Assembly (NCBI GenBank): GCA_043812975.1
Contig: JBDRLP010000020.1
Location: forward strand, 1-37,683
Reading direction: 5' to 3'
Source of the DNA: Candidatus Iainarchaeum sp.
GTDB taxonomy: Archaea > Iainarchaeota > Iainarchaeia > Iainarchaeales > Iainarchaeaceae
Length of the DNA: 37,683 nt
The stretch's first letter is position 1; every line of letters begins with the position of its first letter. The notes beneath the pieces were generated by a model. That model was not told the origin of the DNA. It did not search any database and saw nothing but the letters and a program-made list of their open reading frames with translations. The position numbers and the translations under genes were made by a program. Of the stretch, positions 35,084 through 37,683 are shown in pieces.

Positions 35084-35425
35084 CTAGAATTCCTTTAGAG
35101 AAACGTTGTTTGCCGTGTTTATTTCAAAATCTGCTTCAATTTCCTTTAAAGAACCGTATTTTCCCTTGTTCAGGGTTAAGGAATTCAGGTAAAGATTTGT
35201 ATATGCTTCTGTGATTTTGTAATGTTTTCCTTCCTGTACTTCTTCAATATCTTCATCCCAGAGAGAAAGATGTATGCATCCAGATTCATCTCCCACAAGA
35301 ACATCACACACTTTGTGAAACATTGAATCCAGTTTAGTTGTTACTTCTCTCGGTTCTGTTTTTTCCTCAACTTTAAAAATCAGTTCTAATTTTTTTTGAT
35401 CTGGAATTAAACTGGAGATTTTCAT
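35084..35425 (-). CDS. Single OB-fold ssDNA-binding protein (SSB/RPA-like)
   Basis: MKISSL...KV.EK.EPREV...VGDESG.I.LSLW...I.EAYT....L.LN.GKYG. Confidence 0.85.
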   Translation of the reverse strand: MKISSLIPDQKKLELIFKVEEKTEPREVTTKLDSMFHKVCDVLVGDESGCIHLSLWDEDIEEVQEGKHYKITEAYTNLYLNSLTLNKGKYGSLKEIEADFEINTANNVSLKEF

Positions 35426-35430
35426 TTATT

Positions 35431-35955
35431 TCACACCAAATTTAATGCGGTTTCTATTTCTGAGTAAAGGTTTTCTATTTCTGAAAAATTATTAATCTGA
35501 AAATCAGCTGAATCCAGAACTTTCTGAAAACCTTTATTGCGTTTGTCATTTTCATCTCTTTTGTAAAATTCTTCTTCTGTTTGAGGGTCTTCTCCTGAAC
35601 GTCTTTCAAATCTTTCGTCTTTTCCTGTTGTGACTTTAATTACTTTCAGTTCAGGAAACTTTTGTTTAAAAAAATCAATTTCTTCTATTGACCTTGGACC
35701 CACTAAAACAAGTTTGTCTTTTTTGTTTATTTTTTTGTCAAGCATTCTTGCTATTGCATCCATACCCATTTCGTTCCTTAGCATATCTCCTAATTCATTC
35801 ATCCTTTTCTTTGTAGGCTCTAATTGTTTTTCCTCAAGAGTTTCTCTTAGAATATCACTAAAAGTATATTTTGAAAACCCGTGTTTTTCAACTAGATAAT
35901 CGGCAGCTGTATCCTTTCCCGAACGAGCCAAACCAACAAGAATTATTACTGGCAT
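35431..35955 (-). CDS. P-loop nucleotide kinase (dephospho-CoA kinase/UPF0200-like)
   Basis: GLARSGKDT Walker A, FSDILRE, GPRS..E, RFERR, AD..INN. Confidence 0.8.
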   Translation of the reverse strand: MPVIILVGLARSGKDTAADYLVEKHGFSKYTFSDILRETLEEKQLEPTKKRMNELGDMLRNEMGMDAIARMLDKKINKKDKLVLVGPRSIEEIDFFKQKFPELKVIKVTTGKDERFERRSGEDPQTEEEFYKRDENDKRNKGFQKVLDSADFQINNFSEIENLYSEIETALNLV

Positions 35956-36075
35956 GATAAAATTAGTATGTAAACATATTATAATTTTCCTATTATCTAA
36001 AAAAAGAAAAAGAATAGGAGCAGTCCTGCCGAATGTAATGAGACGGATGCTCCCTCCTGATGAGCAAATCGGGTT

Positions 36076-37683
36076 TTACATCATTCCGCCCATGCCCCCC
36101 ATTCCCGGTGGCATTTCTTGTGACCTACTTTTTCCTGTTCCTGCAATTATATCATCAATTCTCAATAGCATTTCTGCTACTTCTGAACCTGAGATAATTG
36201 CCTGGGTTTTAACCTTTAAAGGTTCTATTACTTTGTTCTTTTTCATATCGTCAAGCTTTGCATCGTAGACATTAACTCCGATTGTTACTCCATCCTTTCC
36301 GGAGTGCTTGCTCCTTAAAGCAACCAGAGTATCTATTGTGTCCATTCCTGCGGTTTCTGCAAGGGTTCTTGGGATTATTTCTAGTGTTTCAGCGAATGCT
36401 TCTATTGCTAGTTGTTCTCTTCCGCCAACAGTTTTTGCGTAGCTTCTCAATTTCATTGCTACTTCAACTTCACAGCTTCCGCCGCCGTAAAGAACTTTTC
36501 CGTCATTGATTGCTGAGGATACAGAACCAAGTGCATCTTGCACTGCTCTTTCTGCTTCATCAACAACGTGTTCGCTTCCACCTCTTACAAGCATTGAAAC
36601 GCTTTTAGGGTTTTTGCATCCTTCAACGAAAACCATGTTGTCTCCTGAAATTTTTTTCTGGCTAATAAGTTTCGCATTTCCAAGATCACTTGCGCTTAAA
36701 TCATTGATTCTTGAAACGGTTATTGCACCAGTTGCTTTTGCAAGTCCTTCCATGTCAGATTTTTTGACTCTTCTTACTGCAAGGATTCCTTCCTTAGCTA
36801 AGTAGTGTTGTGCTATATCATCAATTCCTTTTTGACAAATAACAACATTAGCGCCTGCTTCTTTTACTGAGGTAACCATTTTTCTCAGGATTTTTTCTTC
36901 TTGATCCAAGAAAGCTTGTAATTGGTCTGGATCTGAAATCTGAACTTTAGTGTCGGTTTCAGGGCTTTTGATTTCCATTGCTGCATCAATCAATGCGATT
37001 TTTGCATTTTCTATTCTGGTTGGCATTCCTGAGTGAACAACTTCTTTGTCAATAACAATTCCCTGTATTAATTCAGATTCTCCGATTGAACCTCCGACTT
37101 TTTTCTCTACTTTAATATCATCAAGTTCAATTACTGTTGTGTTTCCTTCTTCAACAGCAACTTGAGTTATTGCCCCAACAACTAAGTCAGCAAGTTCTTC
37201 TGCTGATTCAGCGTTTTTACCTGTCATCGAGGTTAAAGCAATCTGTCTCAAAACTTGTTTGTCTTTAATGCTGATGTCTTCTGCAATTGCTAAGTAAAGT
37301 GATCTTGCTTTTATTGCGGCTAATCTATACCCTTTGATTATTAGTGAAGGGTGAATTTCATCATCTAAAAGTTTTTCAGCTTTTTCAAGCAAACCTCCGG
37401 CGATTATTACTGCGGTTGTTGTTCCGTCTCCAACTTCATCATCCTGAGTTTTAGCTACTTCAACCATCATTTTTCCGGCTGGGTGTTCTATGCTCATTTC
37501 ACTAAGAATAGTTGCTCCGTCATTAGTTATGATTACGTCTCCCAAATCATCCACAATCATTTTGTCCATTCCTTTTGGACCTAATGTACTTTTGACTGCG
37601 TTTGCAACTGCTCTTGCAATTAAAATATTTATTCTCTGGGCATCTCTGCCCCTTGTTCTTTTTGCTCCTTCTGGCAGGAACAT
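36076..37683 (-). CDS. ths: Thermosome (group II chaperonin) subunit; true start may lie just beyond the window
   Basis: [32 protein letters not shown]-terminal GMGGMGGMM. Confidence 0.97.
   Translation of the reverse strand: MFLPEGAKRTRGRDAQRINILIARAVANAVKSTLGPKGMDKMIVDDLGDVIITNDGATILSEMSIEHPAGKMMVEVAKTQDDEVGDGTTTAVIIAGGLLEKAEKLLDDEIHPSLIIKGYRLAAIKARSLYLAIAEDISIKDKQVLRQIALTSMTGKNAESAEELADLVVGAITQVAVEEGNTTVIELDDIKVEKKVGGSIGESELIQGIVIDKEVVHSGMPTRIENAKIALIDAAMEIKSPETDTKVQISDPDQLQAFLDQEEKILRKMVTSVKEAGANVVICQKGIDDIAQHYLAKEGILAVRRVKKSDMEGLAKATGAITVSRINDLSASDLGNAKLISQKKISGDNMVFVEGCKNPKSVSMLVRGGSEHVVDEAERAVQDALGSVSSAINDGKVLYGGGSCEVEVAMKLRSYAKTVGGREQLAIEAFAETLEIIPRTLAETAGMDTIDTLVALRSKHSGKDGVTIGVNVYDAKLDDMKKNKVIEPLKVKTQAIISGSEVAEMLLRIDDIIAGTGKSRSQEMPPGMGGMGGMM

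Noticed and set aside
36057..36075. CTGATGAG hammerhead-like core
   Set aside because: No stem II followed by GAAA.
198..36805. Numerous 60-160 aa antisense or nested ORFs in the track
   Set aside because: They are shadows of well-supported genes and have no motifs or independent signals.
1..37683. CRISPR array or cas genes
   Set aside because: No regularly spaced repeat-spacer series and no Cas motifs; the three att-like repeats are 12 kb and 0.6 kb apart.

Overview
AT-rich archaeal chromosome segment; the compact genes and gene set suggest a DPANN lineage, possibly Diapherotrites/Iainarchaeota (inference). Left (1-5521): a Cys-rich metal/thiol-redox membrane and lipoprotein cluster (rhodanese, CcdA/DsbD-like, DUF411, two proteins ending in PDMVGGC) with a divergent membrane-anchored wHTH regulator. 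Next come a GT-C glycosyltransferase, an intein-containing HerA-like ATPase and a wHTH gene with a helically phased TCATGA array over its start. Middle (about 10066-25988): a nested variable island. A 71-bp imperfect direct repeat brackets several lipoprotein genes and a 12.2-kb integrated element (11107-23347). That element has 19-bp att repeats, inverted arm sequences, a tyrosine integrase, TerS/TerL, scaffold- and cement-like genes, and no recognisable capsid, portal or tail gene. It also carries Shedu-like and DUF3883 nucleases, a proteasome-beta-like Ntn hydrolase and an IS5-family element with a 9-bp TSD. A third att-like site makes the neighbouring lipoprotein gene look like a recombination cassette. 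Right (26025-37683): housekeeping genes (NusA-like KH protein, Alba, Sec61beta, deoxyhypusine synthase, IleRS, SSB, P-loop kinase, thermosome) and a rare tRNA-Ile(UAU) embedded in a roughly 240-nt structured RNA. All family calls come from motif recognition by eye; no database searches were run.
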